A DNA stretch of 64,000 nt from Carcharhinus amblyrhynchos (taxonomy: Eukaryota). Below are positions 1 through 11,378 of the stretch, piece by piece (the first letter of the stretch is position 1; the number at the start of each line of letters is the position of its first letter). Location: assembly GCA_965287045.1 (NCBI GenBank), contig OZ336884.1, positions 58,156,001 to 58,220,000 of the forward strand, written 5' to 3'. The notes under the pieces are model-generated. The model searched no databases. It worked only from the letters and a program-made list of their open reading frames with translations, and was not told where the DNA came from. The translations under genes were made by a program, and so were the position numbers.

Positions 1-127
1 AGGAAACCCACGTAGACATGGTGAGAACATGCAGACTCCACACAAACAGTGACCCAAGTCAAGAATCGAACCCAGGTCCCTGGCGCAGTGAGGCAGCAGT
101 GCTAACCACCATGCCAGTGTGCTGCCC
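1..127 (-). mobile_element. HE1-type tRNA-derived V-SINE, 5' part (runs off window edge)
   Basis: Reverse complement reads gggcagcac..tggttagcactgctgcctcac..ccagggacctgggttcgattc, a tRNA-like A/B-box head matching other copies in the window. Confidence 0.9.
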
Positions 128-1636
128 ATCTTGGTAGTGTTTCATAAATCTGAAGAACTCATGAAACAAATACTAAAATCACGGTAGTTTCCATTCCTGG
201 AAGTATCCCATTCATAGGCTACAAACTGTCTGTGAAATTAGAGTAAGGATATATGTCTGTACTTTCACTTTCATGAAGTGACTAGGAAGAACATTTTTTA
301 TTCCAATGTTAAATTAACATTCCATTAATTTAACAAGCCACTTGCAGCATTAGCATGCATTGTCCAAGCAGAGCAGAACTATTAACCTTTGTGCTACTGA
401 GGCCCCCTTATGATATAAATATCTCACTGATCTCTGTGTTAACAAGCACAACTATTTATTTAAGAGTGGATTCTGTCACTTGGTAAACGTCAACAGCAAA
501 TTTGCACAGGCAAAATAATTAAAGAATATCAGATGAACCACCACATACAATGTGCATACAGCTCCCTTCCCAGTGTAAAAAGGTTCAGCTTTCAAAATCA
601 TCTGCATCTTGCATGGGAGTCTCACTGAGGACTGAGGGTTTCAGCTGCTAGTGGTGTTGGGTGAATTTGATCAGCTTCATGTGCAGTGCTTGGCTTTGTG
701 AACAGCTTATGGCCACGTAAAGATTGAAAGGGGAAGTCAGCCAAACCTTTTGGTTAATTCTCAGCCCGTTAATTCACAAAATGGATATCAGATTCCACTG
801 ACATGTTGCTGTTGGGCTTACCTGACTTAAACATGTCAAGCAGAAGAAGGAACATGGTGTGGCCTGCCAGTAAAAGAAACCGCTGTCAACACTATCATAA
901 GATACATAAGGAAGGACAGGGGAAGGGGCAAGATCTCCTCCCCTCCAACATTAACTGCAGCATGAATTTAACTTCTTTTAGAACTGGGTTAAAGAAAAAT
1001 ACGTAGGCTATTTCAAGTTTGCATTTTTAGTAATCCACTGACATTGGTAGTGATTTGTCTTACTTTTTTTTGTTTAACCCGCTTATTGGTTTTTTTAAAA
1101 AGATTTTATTATTGAAAGATGCTGATTTGGTGGATCGCTTGAAACTTCACAGACCTCGAGGGAGCTGTGGAGCCCTGATTGAGAATCCTTGCCTTAGCAT
1201 ACGCAGAATAAGCACAATTTCTTTATTGGTATTTGACTTATTCATATGCCAATGCAGGAGAAACTTTTTTCAAAGAATGTCCACAGATCATGAGTCACTG
1301 TGGTTTGAAACAAATTGAAACTCAGCCAAATAAAATGACAGAAATGTCTTTACAAAAACACACTGGAGAGTGAATATATGTCGTTAATAGCTGACAGGCT
1401 GGCACATTTTGAATCTTATTGCTATGTGAATTAAGTGCTTGACTATTTTTATGCATGATTTAAATTATTTGAAACAGCAGAATCTCAAAACCATATAGAA
1501 TTAACCATCAAGAATAAGAAAATGTGTTTATCATTGCTACAAATAAAAAATAGCTTGTGTCAAATGGATTGAGTCAAGTAAACAATGCATAGATTGCTAC
1601 AAAAAGTTTGCCATTTTATTATTTGTTTTTAATGTA

Positions 1637-1860
1637 ACGTAGGAACAGGATAAGGCCATTCAGCTGCTCGAACCTATTCCTTCATTCAAGTACATCATGG
1701 CTGATTGGCACATTAACTCCATGTACCTGTCTTTGCCTTATATTCCTTTACACAATCAGATAACAAACATGTATCAATCTTAGATTTAAGATTAACAATT
1801 GATCTACTGTTTGCAGAACATACTTTTGAATTTCTGTCATCGTCTTTGTGTAGAACAGTC
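1637..1860 (-). mobile_element. Old CR1 LINE 3'-end fragment
   Basis: taggaacaggataaggccattcagctgctcgaacc..atcatggctgat is a degraded version of the CR1 3' stem-loop at 23696 and 39706. Confidence 0.7.
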
Positions 1861-1862
1861 CC

Positions 1863-2005
1863 AATTTCATTCAGCCACCTGATGAAGGGACAGCCTGTTC
1901 CGAAAGCTTGCGGCTTTTGCTAAAAATAAACTTGTTGGACTTTAAGCTGGTGTTGTGGGATTTCTTCCTGTTTTATCCCAGTCCAACGCCGGCATCTCCA
2001 CATCA
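1863..2005 (+). mobile_element. Penelope-like element pLTR/3'-tail fragment (family 1)
   Basis: Matches the 11330-11461 end of the larger Penelope insertion (aataaac.tgttggacttta..ctggtgttgtggga..ccagtccaacgccggcatctccacatca). Confidence 0.85.
1873..1916 (+). ncRNA. Minimal type I hammerhead ribozyme motif (Penelope-associated)
   Basis: agccac-CTGATGA-a-gggac(agcct)gttcc-GAAA-gc-TT-gcggct. Intact core boxes, stem II, palindromic AGCT stem III, stem I agccac/gcggct. Confidence 0.75.
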
Positions 2006-2619
2006 AACATTAATTAACAGGTGAATGAAATTTCAAATAAAAAGATAAATTTCACTTTAAACAGTCAGTACAATAAAGAGACAGCTCATGTGGCTAAAAG
2101 CATTACCCCTCGGACAAATGTGGGATCAGATGCCATTGCAGTCTTTCCAGCTCTCTGTTTTATAGGAAGTCTCACTTCCCATCCAGTTGTTTCGGCTTGA
2201 GTGTTATTCATCAGTCGCTGTATTCCATTCAAAATTCCCAAACACGGTTGCCACTAACAAGGCATACACCTACGTACCCGTGTCTCACTCAGGCCATGGC
2301 AATCCTAATGGAACAGAATGAGGTTGAGGTACGAATCTGCAATTCTATTGTGCGAGTGTATTTTGCACCAAAGTTAAAGACATTCACAACTTTGCTAATG
2401 CTAGCCTTGCATTTTTATTCTATAACTATTGGTATTGCTAATTATTCCCTATTTAGAAATTTATAATTTTCATTACTTAGAAAGAGAGCTTGCCATCTGC
2501 TTTTGGCTACTTGAAGTGCTGGTCAAAAAAATGAACATACATAACAAGAGTATCTTAATTGTGGCAAGGATAATTATGCAAGATACTCTACGTGGTTTCT
2601 GAACAAGACATTTTCTTTC

Positions 2620-2890
2620 ATTAAGAGTCAACCAAGTTGCACTGGGTGTTGAGTTACGTGTAAGCCTGATGGGGTGAGGGTAAGATTCCCTTCCTCAAAG
2701 GACATTACTGAACCAGATGGGTTTTTACAACAATCAACAATGATATCATAACCATCATTATACTTCTAATTTTATATTTTTATTGAATTCAGATTTTACT
2801 GTCTGTCATGGTATGATTCAAACCTGGGCTCCTGGAGCATTACCCTGGGTCTGGATTACTAGTCCAGCAAAAATACCACTATGCCATTGC
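2620..2890 (-). mobile_element. MetaSINE-like tRNA-derived SINE
   Basis: ttaagagtcaacca..ttccttcc..aaggacattactgaaccagatggg is the reverse complement of the ctggttcactaatgtcctt..ggaaggaaat core, which recurs at least 7 times in the window. Confidence 0.65.
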
Positions 2891-3564
2891 TTCCCCTATT
2901 AAATCTATTAGAACTTTCCTTTTGTTCCTGTCTTTGTTGAACTTGGATTTGATGGAGTAAACACCTTTTCAATATTTTGCACCAACATCACCAGTTGTGT
3001 ATTGATTCTTCTTTACAGTGCTTGCAAATATATATCACAATCATTGCATCAGTGTAGAATTAGACCATTGGCGTTTTAGATTCTTTGACAGCAGTCGTAC
3101 TAGAAATCTTGGTCATGGGCCAATGCTGACCAACAAGAATGAGATCTTTCAGGAAATGTGTACACAGCAGATGGCTAATTTTCCCTATGTAATATAACTG
3201 ACTATGTAATACGTGCACATAACCTGCCCCAATATAGTTCTTACCTGTAATTAGTGATCTTTACTATTTTGTTTATCAGCTGGAAATCTCCCTTGGATCC
3301 ATGTCCCTACTGAAACAGCAGTCTAAAAACTAATTTGCTTAGAATAAATTGCCAGAATTTATTGCAGTAAGAATGTCAAGATGCCTCAGCAGGCAGCATA
3401 GAATATTCTCCCCACAGGCATGACTGAATAATTTACATTGTTTAAAAAAAATCTAGCTCATTTGTTGTGTGGAAATTCTCTGACCAAGTATATCCTAAGA
3501 CAAAAATAAATGTCGCTTCATTTCTGATTGTGGGAGGAACATAATTTATTGTCTGAATATACAT

Positions 3565-4182
3565 AGGGCACAATTTTTCCATTTCTGCGTAGAGTACTGG
3601 CTGAGGCGAGGAAATTGCCATGCAGCAGGTGTGCACCCCCATGGATATGGGGGAACCTCCCCCCCGCAATGGAGCTCCCCAGAGAACCTCTTAGCACTGC
3701 CCCCCCCTCCCCACCCCCACAGCCCTCCTGTACTGCTGGGGTTTGCCAGGGAGCAGTGCAAGGGCAGTGCCAGAGTGCCAAAGGGCAGTGTCAGGGTGCC
3801 AAGGAATGGTGCCAGTGGGCAGGACCAGGGTACTGCTTAACCATATTTCTCCCTCCAAGGGCTATACTTAACCTGTGCGACCACGGCAGGTTCCATTTGC
3901 CTGCTTCACATTTTTATAAAGCAATTGTGAAACTTGCCAAAGTGACAATACATCGGCGAGGGGGAGGTCTTAATGTGGGGAGACAATATGGTAGGGAGGT
4001 TCGCTACTTATGTTTAAATATATTTAAATTATATTTAAATGTATCGTTTTGTCACTGGCAGGGGACAGGGAATATCAGAAAATGAATTCTCACTTGTGAG
4101 GTTCATGTTTTCCAGCTATCATGAGATTTTGCACCAGTGTCACATTTGCACTCTCAGCAAATGCAGATGCAAAATCTCCCCT
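3565..4182. mobile_element. Non-autonomous DNA transposon (Harbinger-type MITE-like), degraded
   Basis: Starts gggcacaatttttcc and ends aaaatctcccc (imperfect TIRs). GC-rich internal repeats of gggcagtgcca. Confidence 0.45.
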
Positions 4183-4711
4183 TTAGTGTTGAGTGATTCA
4201 ATTTTTACTTCCACTTTTATTCAATGACTTGGAGTCAAGTTACATTTAAAAGCAGTTCTGAAAACTTCAACTCTGAACCATATAGTTGGGAAGCAAGTGC
4301 TACTTTATTCTATTCATTGTAAATGTACCAATCACATGAAAAGGATTGTTAGAACAATAATGTGGTTTATTTATTTTAAGGTAAGACTATATACATTTCA
4401 TGTTAACTGGGAAGACGAGTAGGCACATCTGCCTTGAACAGCTGCTACTCTAAACTGAGTACAAAGTCAAAGGACTGGACATAATTTCCAGACCAGAGAT
4501 GTGTATTGACTGACTGCAGTTTAAGATACACATCCTTAACGATATATGCACATCACATCACAACAAGTATTGCTAGTGCAAGGCTCCAAATCAGGACACT
4601 ATTTTATGATAAAACATTGAGGTGTATTTCAAGCTTAATAAAAAAAAACTTAATTTGCATAACTCCTACAACTTGCAATGCTATTGGTGTTTCTGAAGGG
4701 ATTCTAGGGAT

Positions 4712-5012
4712 TCTATTGGCCCATTGAGTCTGCGCCAACAACAATCCCACCTCAACCCTATTCTCATAACCCTACATATTTACCCCACTAATTCCTCTTA
4801 CCTACGCATCCCAGGACATTAAGTGGCAATTTAGCATAGCCAATGCATCTAACCGGCATAGCTTTGGACAGTGGGAGGAAGCCAGAGCACCTGGAGGAAA
4901 CACATGCAGACACGGGGAGAATGTGCAAACTCCACACAGATAGTGACTCAAGTCAGGAATTAAACCCAGGTCCCTGGAGCTGTGAGGCAGCAGTGCTAAC
5001 CACTGTGCCACC
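4712..5012 (-). mobile_element. HE1-type V-SINE
   Basis: tRNA head, V-domain (ggtttcctcccac..tccaaag) and CR1-like 3' tail on the minus strand. Confidence 0.9.
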
Positions 5013-5604
5013 ATATCTATTGTTATAAGATGACAGCATATTTCCACCAATCATGCTGGATAATTATGGCTATTGTGTTAATATTTCATTAAATTTGTGC
5101 TGAGATTAATTTACCAACCTGGTTGACTCCTATAATGAATGTTTTTTATTTTGCTTCTCATCAATTTATTCATTGCAACTTGTTCATATATCAGTGATGT
5201 TTTATAAATATATAAACTCCTCACATCTAATTGGCTGTAACATTATCTTCAATGGCACTGTAGTTTTCAGTCAAGGATGCGTGTTTTGGTATGAGAATAG
5301 CATTCACTCTGTCTGGATGCATATTTCCAGCACAGCCTGCAGCATATGCCATCTTGGTGAGGGTGTTAACATGGGCATTAGGAGTGTACACTGCAAGCAT
5401 GTGAAATTGTGAGGTCAATCAACGTGCAGTGCTGATTGGACACTGCCACATTCATCCTCATCACTCTCACTAATGGCCTGTCTCAAACACATACAGCTGA
5501 GCAGGCAACCTGTAGCAAGGCGACCCTCATCACCATCATGTTAAAGGGATCATCGACCTTCCTTCACTTAATTAACATTTCGTTCCTATAGGCCCTGGTT
5601 AGGA

Positions 5605-5722
5605 ATCACCCGTGGGCCAGACCAGGTAAGGGCAGCATATTTCCTTTATGAACGAGAAGGATTTTTGCGATGATTGATGATAGTTTCATGGTCACCGCTA
5701 CTGAGACTTTACATTCCAGGAT
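5605..5722 (-). mobile_element. MetaSINE-like fragment
   Basis: ggccagaccaggtaagggcagcatatttcc..atggtcaccgctactgagac matches the other copies. Confidence 0.55.
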
Positions 5723-6354
5723 TTGTAGAAGTGTTTAGTGGTTTGCAGAATTTATTAAAGTTAGCAAAGTTGACAATGAGTGATTCAGCATTTGGAGGAG
5801 GCATTCATGGTCTTCAAGAATTCTGGTCAGACCACTTGGTATAACATTACCATTTCACCATACAATATGTGCAAGTGAGATGGTACAGAGGTAGCAAAGA
5901 AGAGGGCAAGCTACTCAGAGGGAGGATGAGGAGGGGGAGAAGGAGTCTCAGCAGGAGACACATCTAGCTTGGGTCATGGGGGAATATTTTTCCTACCACA
6001 GCCTAAGCCATAAGGGGTGTGTGTCTTACCTAAGCTTGATGAAGGAGGTTCCTACATCAGTACACTCTTGTATGCTTTGGTCCCAAACCAGTGCATGACC
6101 AAGTGCCAGGTTTTGGGCATCCATAAGGCTAAAGGTGCAAATGTATGATTCGGGTGAGGAAGGTAGGGGGAAAGAAAGAGATACAGATTACAGATGTTGT
6201 AAGCATGCAGCTTCGAAGAAATTGAGCAGTGAGCGACAGGTGGGTCATGAGAATGTGAAAAGTATAGTCATTCTCTAAGGTTGTAGCCTCAGTTGTTGCT
6301 GTTTCAATGATCTTCTAGGCCTTCTTGTCCATAGGCAGCATAGAGCAGTCACCA

Positions 6355-6450
6355 AAAGAGAAAATGCTGGAAAATCTCAGCAGATCTGGAACATCTGTAA
6401 GGAGAGAAAAGAGCTGATGTTTCGAGTTTGGATGACCCTTTGTCAAAAGC
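6355..6450 (-). mobile_element. Penelope-like pLTR fragment (family 2) with decayed hammerhead
   Basis: aaaatgctggaaaatctcagcag..gtttcgagtttggatgaccctttgtcaaa. The reverse complement has TTGACAA-gggtc..actc-GAAAC, a mutated core. Confidence 0.65.
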
Positions 6451-6769
6451 ATAGGGAGCATATAGTAGTGCCTACCTCCTGCTGGTTAAATGCAGCTGTC
6501 TCCAGTTATTCGCTGTCTTGTTCTGCAGGAGATGGAACTGTGCCAGTGAGTGTGGTGAAATCTGTTTGGGTGATATTACTGTCCAGATTGAATTGCTGGT
6601 GGTGTGTGTAATCTGTGAGATATGGCGGTGAGTTGCAGTGGTGCTATGTGTGTAAAGGTAAGGTGAGACTGTGAATGTTGGATATGAGTGCTTGAAGAAG
6701 GATATTGAAATATGAATGAAAAGAGCAGTAGCTCATTTGAAAGAACATGCTGCCATTTGAAGATGCATT

Positions 6770-6985
6770 TGTCTACTTTGGCCATTTGTTTGAAGTCATT
6801 CATCTTCTTCCCCAGTTGCATCCAGGCCCTCAGGGCTAAACTCAGGGCATTACATTGACCACCGTGGCTATGTCTTCCTACTATGTTTTTATTATCTGCC
6901 TGGAGAGCCTCCAGTCCCCGGAAGGAAGAGGGTATCTCTCTTTCTGTCCAGCTCCTGCACCAACACCTCCAGTGCTGTAATGGAC
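6770..6985 (-). pseudogene. Harbinger Myb/SANT-like DNA-binding protein relic
   Basis: Minus-strand fragments ALEVLVQELDRKRDTLF and RAWMQLGKKMNDFKQ resemble the Myb/SANT (MSANTD/NAIF1-like) ORF of PIF/Harbinger elements. Disrupted by stops and frameshifts. Confidence 0.6.
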
Positions 6986-8554
6986 AACTTTGGTGGAAGC
7001 ATTCTGGCCTTTTTCACCATTTCTACTCTCCTTTCAACTTCGATAACCAGTTCCTGCCCTCGTGGCAGCCAAAACGTGCCTCAGCTTTCTGAGGTGCATA
7101 CTAGCTTTAAGTAACACTGATTAGTTTTGACTGGTGCTTGCCTTGTGTTAACACAGCCCTGCTGAAGCATGCAACCACTGAGCAAAATGCTTAATGAGTG
7201 CATTCTGCTATCTTCTAAATCAGCAGGTAGCACTAAGTTAGTATTCTTATGACGCAGAGGCTGTTCCCTTTTGAGATATAATGCCGAATCCCCCGAAGAG
7301 GGATACCCTATCTCATAATCTTTTAAAAGTGTGTAGGAAGGTAAACTGTCCTTCAATAACATTTAGTGGTTAACTAACAGAAATACCTGACACTCACTTT
7401 AAGATGAACACTTAACAATTTATTTATTTAACTGACAGGGAACTTTAACTAAACAAGTAATATAGCGAATAAAATAAGACTCTAATGGAATGCTGTTCAA
7501 ATAAATACAATGCCCATGCATTAACAAAAAACGTAGAATTTAGTCACTCTCAAAAAATATGCAACCAGGTTTTGTGTCTTAGGAACCTTTTGGAGTTTCT
7601 TGGTTGATTTCTTTGTCTGTAAGTTATTTTCTGATTTGGTAGATTTTGCTGGTTAGATGGTGCACTCTCTTAAATATCTGAAGTTGACAGGGTAGAGTGC
7701 AACTCTTTTCCTCTTGAGACTTGAAAGGTGGCAGTTGCTATCTCTTGTTTTCCCTCTTGCACTCTCTTTTTTATACCTGTGACGACCTATCAATTTTCCT
7801 ACAATAGGATTAGTCTGATTTTGTCATCAAATTCAAATGTTTAGGTTGTTAGTATCTGAGTGTATGTTTTAAATTAATAGGATAATTCAAAACATTCAAA
7901 TACCTGTAGCCTGTTACCAGCCTTTGATGCAAATATGTCAGTCTGGTACCCCGTATGCACTGAAACAAAAACTGGGATCATGTAATGTTTTTTCCCCTGT
8001 ATCATTTTTACCATTTTTACATCTTTGTCAACATCAAATTCCAACTTCACAAACTCAACTTTTCTACAGTGTGTTGCCTGCATTATTACGAACAGGTGCA
8101 GGTTAATTCCTCAACATTGCAATCCCTCAACCTATTTTTGAATCCAGTTGCCTAATCCAGTTTTCTCTCTTCTGGAGTAGATTTGGTCTTGTAGTTACTC
8201 CATTTAGACAAAAGTTTTGTTTGCTTTATTTTTTATCATTTCATTAAGTACACAAAATTAAGCTATAGTGTGAGTTTTGAAAATAATTTTAGTCTTTTTA
8301 TGCCTCTGATTTTTAATAGATCTGAGAAACTTCCAAGTAATAAGCTATCATACTATTTTCAACACACATCTGAATGATATCCAATAATAAAAGTAGTTTA
8401 AAAGGATGGCATTTCCTGATTTGCAATAAATAAATGGTCAGATCATTTGTTTTTGGTGTTCATCATCATATTAGAGCGGAATTTTAAATTCTGACATTCC
8501 TTGACTTTTTATTTTTCTCCAGTACATGAACGTGAAGTTATTTTGACACTCAAG

Positions 8555-8790
8555 ATCAGTACTGAAAGAGTGCTGCATTACTGAAGGTACTGCCTTTCAG
8601 ACAAGATACTGATCAGAGATGGTCTTTCTTGTAGTCATTGTATATCCCATGTTGCCATTCAATGATGAACGAGTTCTCCCACTCTCCTGGACAGAAATTC
8701 TCTTTCAACTAACACTATAACATTAACTCGTCATTTGTTCATTTGTGGTTTATAGGGACTTGCTATTAGGAAATGTGGATGCTACATGAG
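8555..8790 (+). mobile_element. Deu-domain SINE (SacSINE1/AmnSINE-like) fragment
   Basis: cagtactgaaagagtgctgcattactgaaggtactgcctttcag..atcccatg..gagttctccc..tcctgg matches 53005-53240 and the reverse complement of 53690-54030. Confidence 0.6.
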
Positions 8791-8934
8791 ATGGCTTGCT
8801 GAAACATACAAATTCCAATCCTATGATGTTATCAGGGCCCAATAATTTGTAACTGCTTGGTAGAACCCATTGGTGAAGAAGAGTAGACCTCCCTAAATAG
8901 CCTTTTTTACTGCTTTATCCTTTCATGAACTGAT

Positions 8935-9790
8935 TGGCTTGCTTGGCTGTTTTAGATGGCAGATAAGAGTCAATCATACCGCTGTGGGTCTGAAGTCACA
9001 TGTAAGCCAGACGAGGAAAGAATGCCATATTTCCTTTGTGAACAAGAAGGAGTTTTACAATAATTGATGATGATTTCATGGCCACCATTACTGAGAATAT
9101 CTTTATATCCCAGATTTATTTATTAGGCAGAATTCTCCTGTCTCAGTCCCATGACGAGGGCAGGATGGGAATTATTTCCTGTTCTGGAGGCAATGGGAAA
9201 CCACACCACATCTTTCAGCCCCAACTTAATTAACTACGCATCCGGGAGCTTAGGACTGTATTCTCTGGTGAGGCAGGCTTGATAGCATGCGTCATGATAG
9301 TATACCTAGATGCCATATTTAAAAGACTCCCAACATCACTGATCTATCGTTGAAGAAAGAAGATGGACTACCTGAAAAAGAAGATGGATCTCCAGGAATG
9401 CGCTATGCTGGAAGATGGACCCCCTTTACAACACTGAAACTGGAAAAGCCACCTGGTAGGTGCTCCCACCACCAACAGCTGTGATATTCTAGGGTCCTCA
9501 GAGGCTGATGGCCTCCATCTCAACTCCAAAGGTAGCCCGGGCATTTGTCAGGTAAGACCCAACTTCTGCACGCCATGTTGTGACTGCTGTGTTTTCCTGC
9601 TGACATTACGGAGAATCAGGCATGAAGAGGAAGATACCAGTTGAACCCACTGTCGGAGGCAGGAGAGAATATTGCCTATTAATTTTAAATTCCATCTGCT
9701 TGGTGGGGTCTGAACCCACATCCCCAGAGAACTGACTTGGGCCTCTGCGTTACTCATCCAGTGACATTATCACTCTGCCATTATGTCATC
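8935..9790 (-). mobile_element. MetaSINE-like SINE split by a DNA-transposon insertion
   Basis: Core at 8960-9125. The tRNA-head side resumes at ~9680-9790 after the 9125-9677 insertion. Confidence 0.6.
9125..9677 (+). mobile_element. Non-autonomous Harbinger-type element
   Basis: TIRs aggcagaattctcc / ggagagaatattgcct with apparent ATT duplication. Internal 9311-9450 matches the reverse complement of 60790-60900. Confidence 0.6.
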
Positions 9791-10324
9791 GCAACACTAG
9801 CTGCATGGTACCACGAGGAAAGTCTGGATCTTTGTTACCTTTAGCTCAAATCTTGCATCTACACGAATGGCATGAAAAGGTGAACTCCAAAAGTTGCTTA
9901 TTCCTGTTTGGCACAAGAGTGGTAAGGGAACTGTGGCCAACTGTGGCTTACAAAGGAAATTAGATAATATTAGATTCAGAGAAGAAACAGACAAATTGGC
10001 AAGAAACAGCAATGTACCTGAGGATTGGGAGCAATTTAGAAGTCAGTAAAAGAGGACCAAGGGAATTATTAAGAAAGGGAGAATAGAGTATGAAAGTAAG
10101 ATGGTGGGGAACCTGAAAACTGACTGGAACAGTTTCTAAAGATGTGGAAGAAGAAAAAGATTGACACAAACAAATGTAGGCCCCCTTTAGTCAGAAACAG
10201 GAAAACTCATAACAGGGAACAAAGAAATGGCTGAGGAACTAAATTTATACTTTGCTTCTGTCTTCATAAAGGAAGTAAGAAGTCCCGCAACACCAGGTTA
10301 AAGTCCAACAGGTTTATTTTTTAA

Positions 10325-10368
10325 GCACAAGACACTAGCTTTCGGAGCACTGCCCCTTCAGCAGGTGA
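10325..10368 (-). ncRNA. Hammerhead ribozyme motif, variant core CUGCUGA
   Basis: Reverse complement: cac-CTGCTGA-a-ggggc(agt)gctcc-GAAA-gc-TA-gtg. Confidence 0.6.
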
Positions 10369-10579
10369 GTGGGAGTTCTGTTCACAAACAGGGTATATAA
10401 AGACACAAACTCACTTTACAAAATAATGGTTGGAATGTGAGTCTTTACAGGTAATCAAGTCTTAAAGGTACAGACAATGTGAGTGGAGAGAGGGTTAACC
10501 ACAGGTTAAAGAGATGTGTATTGTCTCCAGCCAGGACAGTTAGTAAGATTTTGCAAGCCCAGGCAAGTCATGAGGGTTA

Positions 10580-10915
10580 CAGATAGTGTGACATGGACCC
10601 AAGATCCAGGTTGAGGCTGTCCTCATGTGTGCAGAACTTGAGCAGAGGCTGATAGCCAGCGACTCTGCATTGTTGTGTGTCGTGAAGGCCGCCTTAGAGA
10701 ACGCTTACCCGAAGATCAGAGGCCCAATGCCCGTGACTGCTGAAGTGTTCCCCAACAGGAAGAGAACACACTTGCCTGGTGATTCTTGAGTGGTGTTCAT
10801 TCATCCATTGTAGTAGCGTCTGCATGGTCTCCCCAGTGTACCATGCTTCAGGACATCCTTTCCTGCAGTGTATCAGGTAGACAACATTGGCCGAGTTGCA
10901 AGTGTATGTACCGTG
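10580..10915 (-). pseudogene. Penelope GIY-YIG endonuclease domain fragment
   Basis: Minus-strand translation TYTCNSANVVYLIHCRKGCPEAWYTGETMQTLLQWMNEHHSRITRQVCSLPVGEHFSSHGH. The plus-arm copy ends KFRKHEDGLNRDLGFMSH. Confidence 0.85.
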
Positions 10916-11334
10916 TATCTAGTGAATGGTGTTCTCTTCCTGTTGGGGAACACTTCAGTGGTCACGGGCATTCGGCCTCTGATCGTCAGGTAAGCGTTCT
11001 CCAAGGCGGCCTTCACGACACACGACACACGACAATGCAGGGTCGCTGAGTAGAGACTGACAGCCAAGTTCCGCAAACATGAGGATGGCCTCAACCGGGA
11101 TCTTGGGTTTATGTCACACCATCTATAACCCGCATGATTTTCCTGGGCTTGCAAAATTTCACTTATTGTCCTGGCTGGAGACAATACACATTTCTTTAAC
11201 CTGTGCTTAACTCTCTCTCACTCAAATTGTCTGTACCTTTAAGACTTGATTACCTGTAAAGACTCGCATTCCAACCATTATTTTGTAAATTGAGTTTGTG
11301 TCTTTATATGCCGTATTTGTGAACAGAACTCCCA

Positions 11335-11378
11335 CTCATCTGCTGAAGGGGCAGCGCTCCAAAAGCTAGTGGCTTGTG
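11335..11378 (+). ncRNA. Hammerhead ribozyme motif, decayed (GAAA to AAAA)
   Basis: cat-CTGCTGA-a-ggggc(agc)gctcc-AAAA-gc-TA-gtggct. Confidence 0.5.

Noticed and set aside
3615-4085. 156-aa ORF with CQG repeats
   Set aside because: It comes from gggcagtgcca low-complexity repeats inside a MITE-like element.
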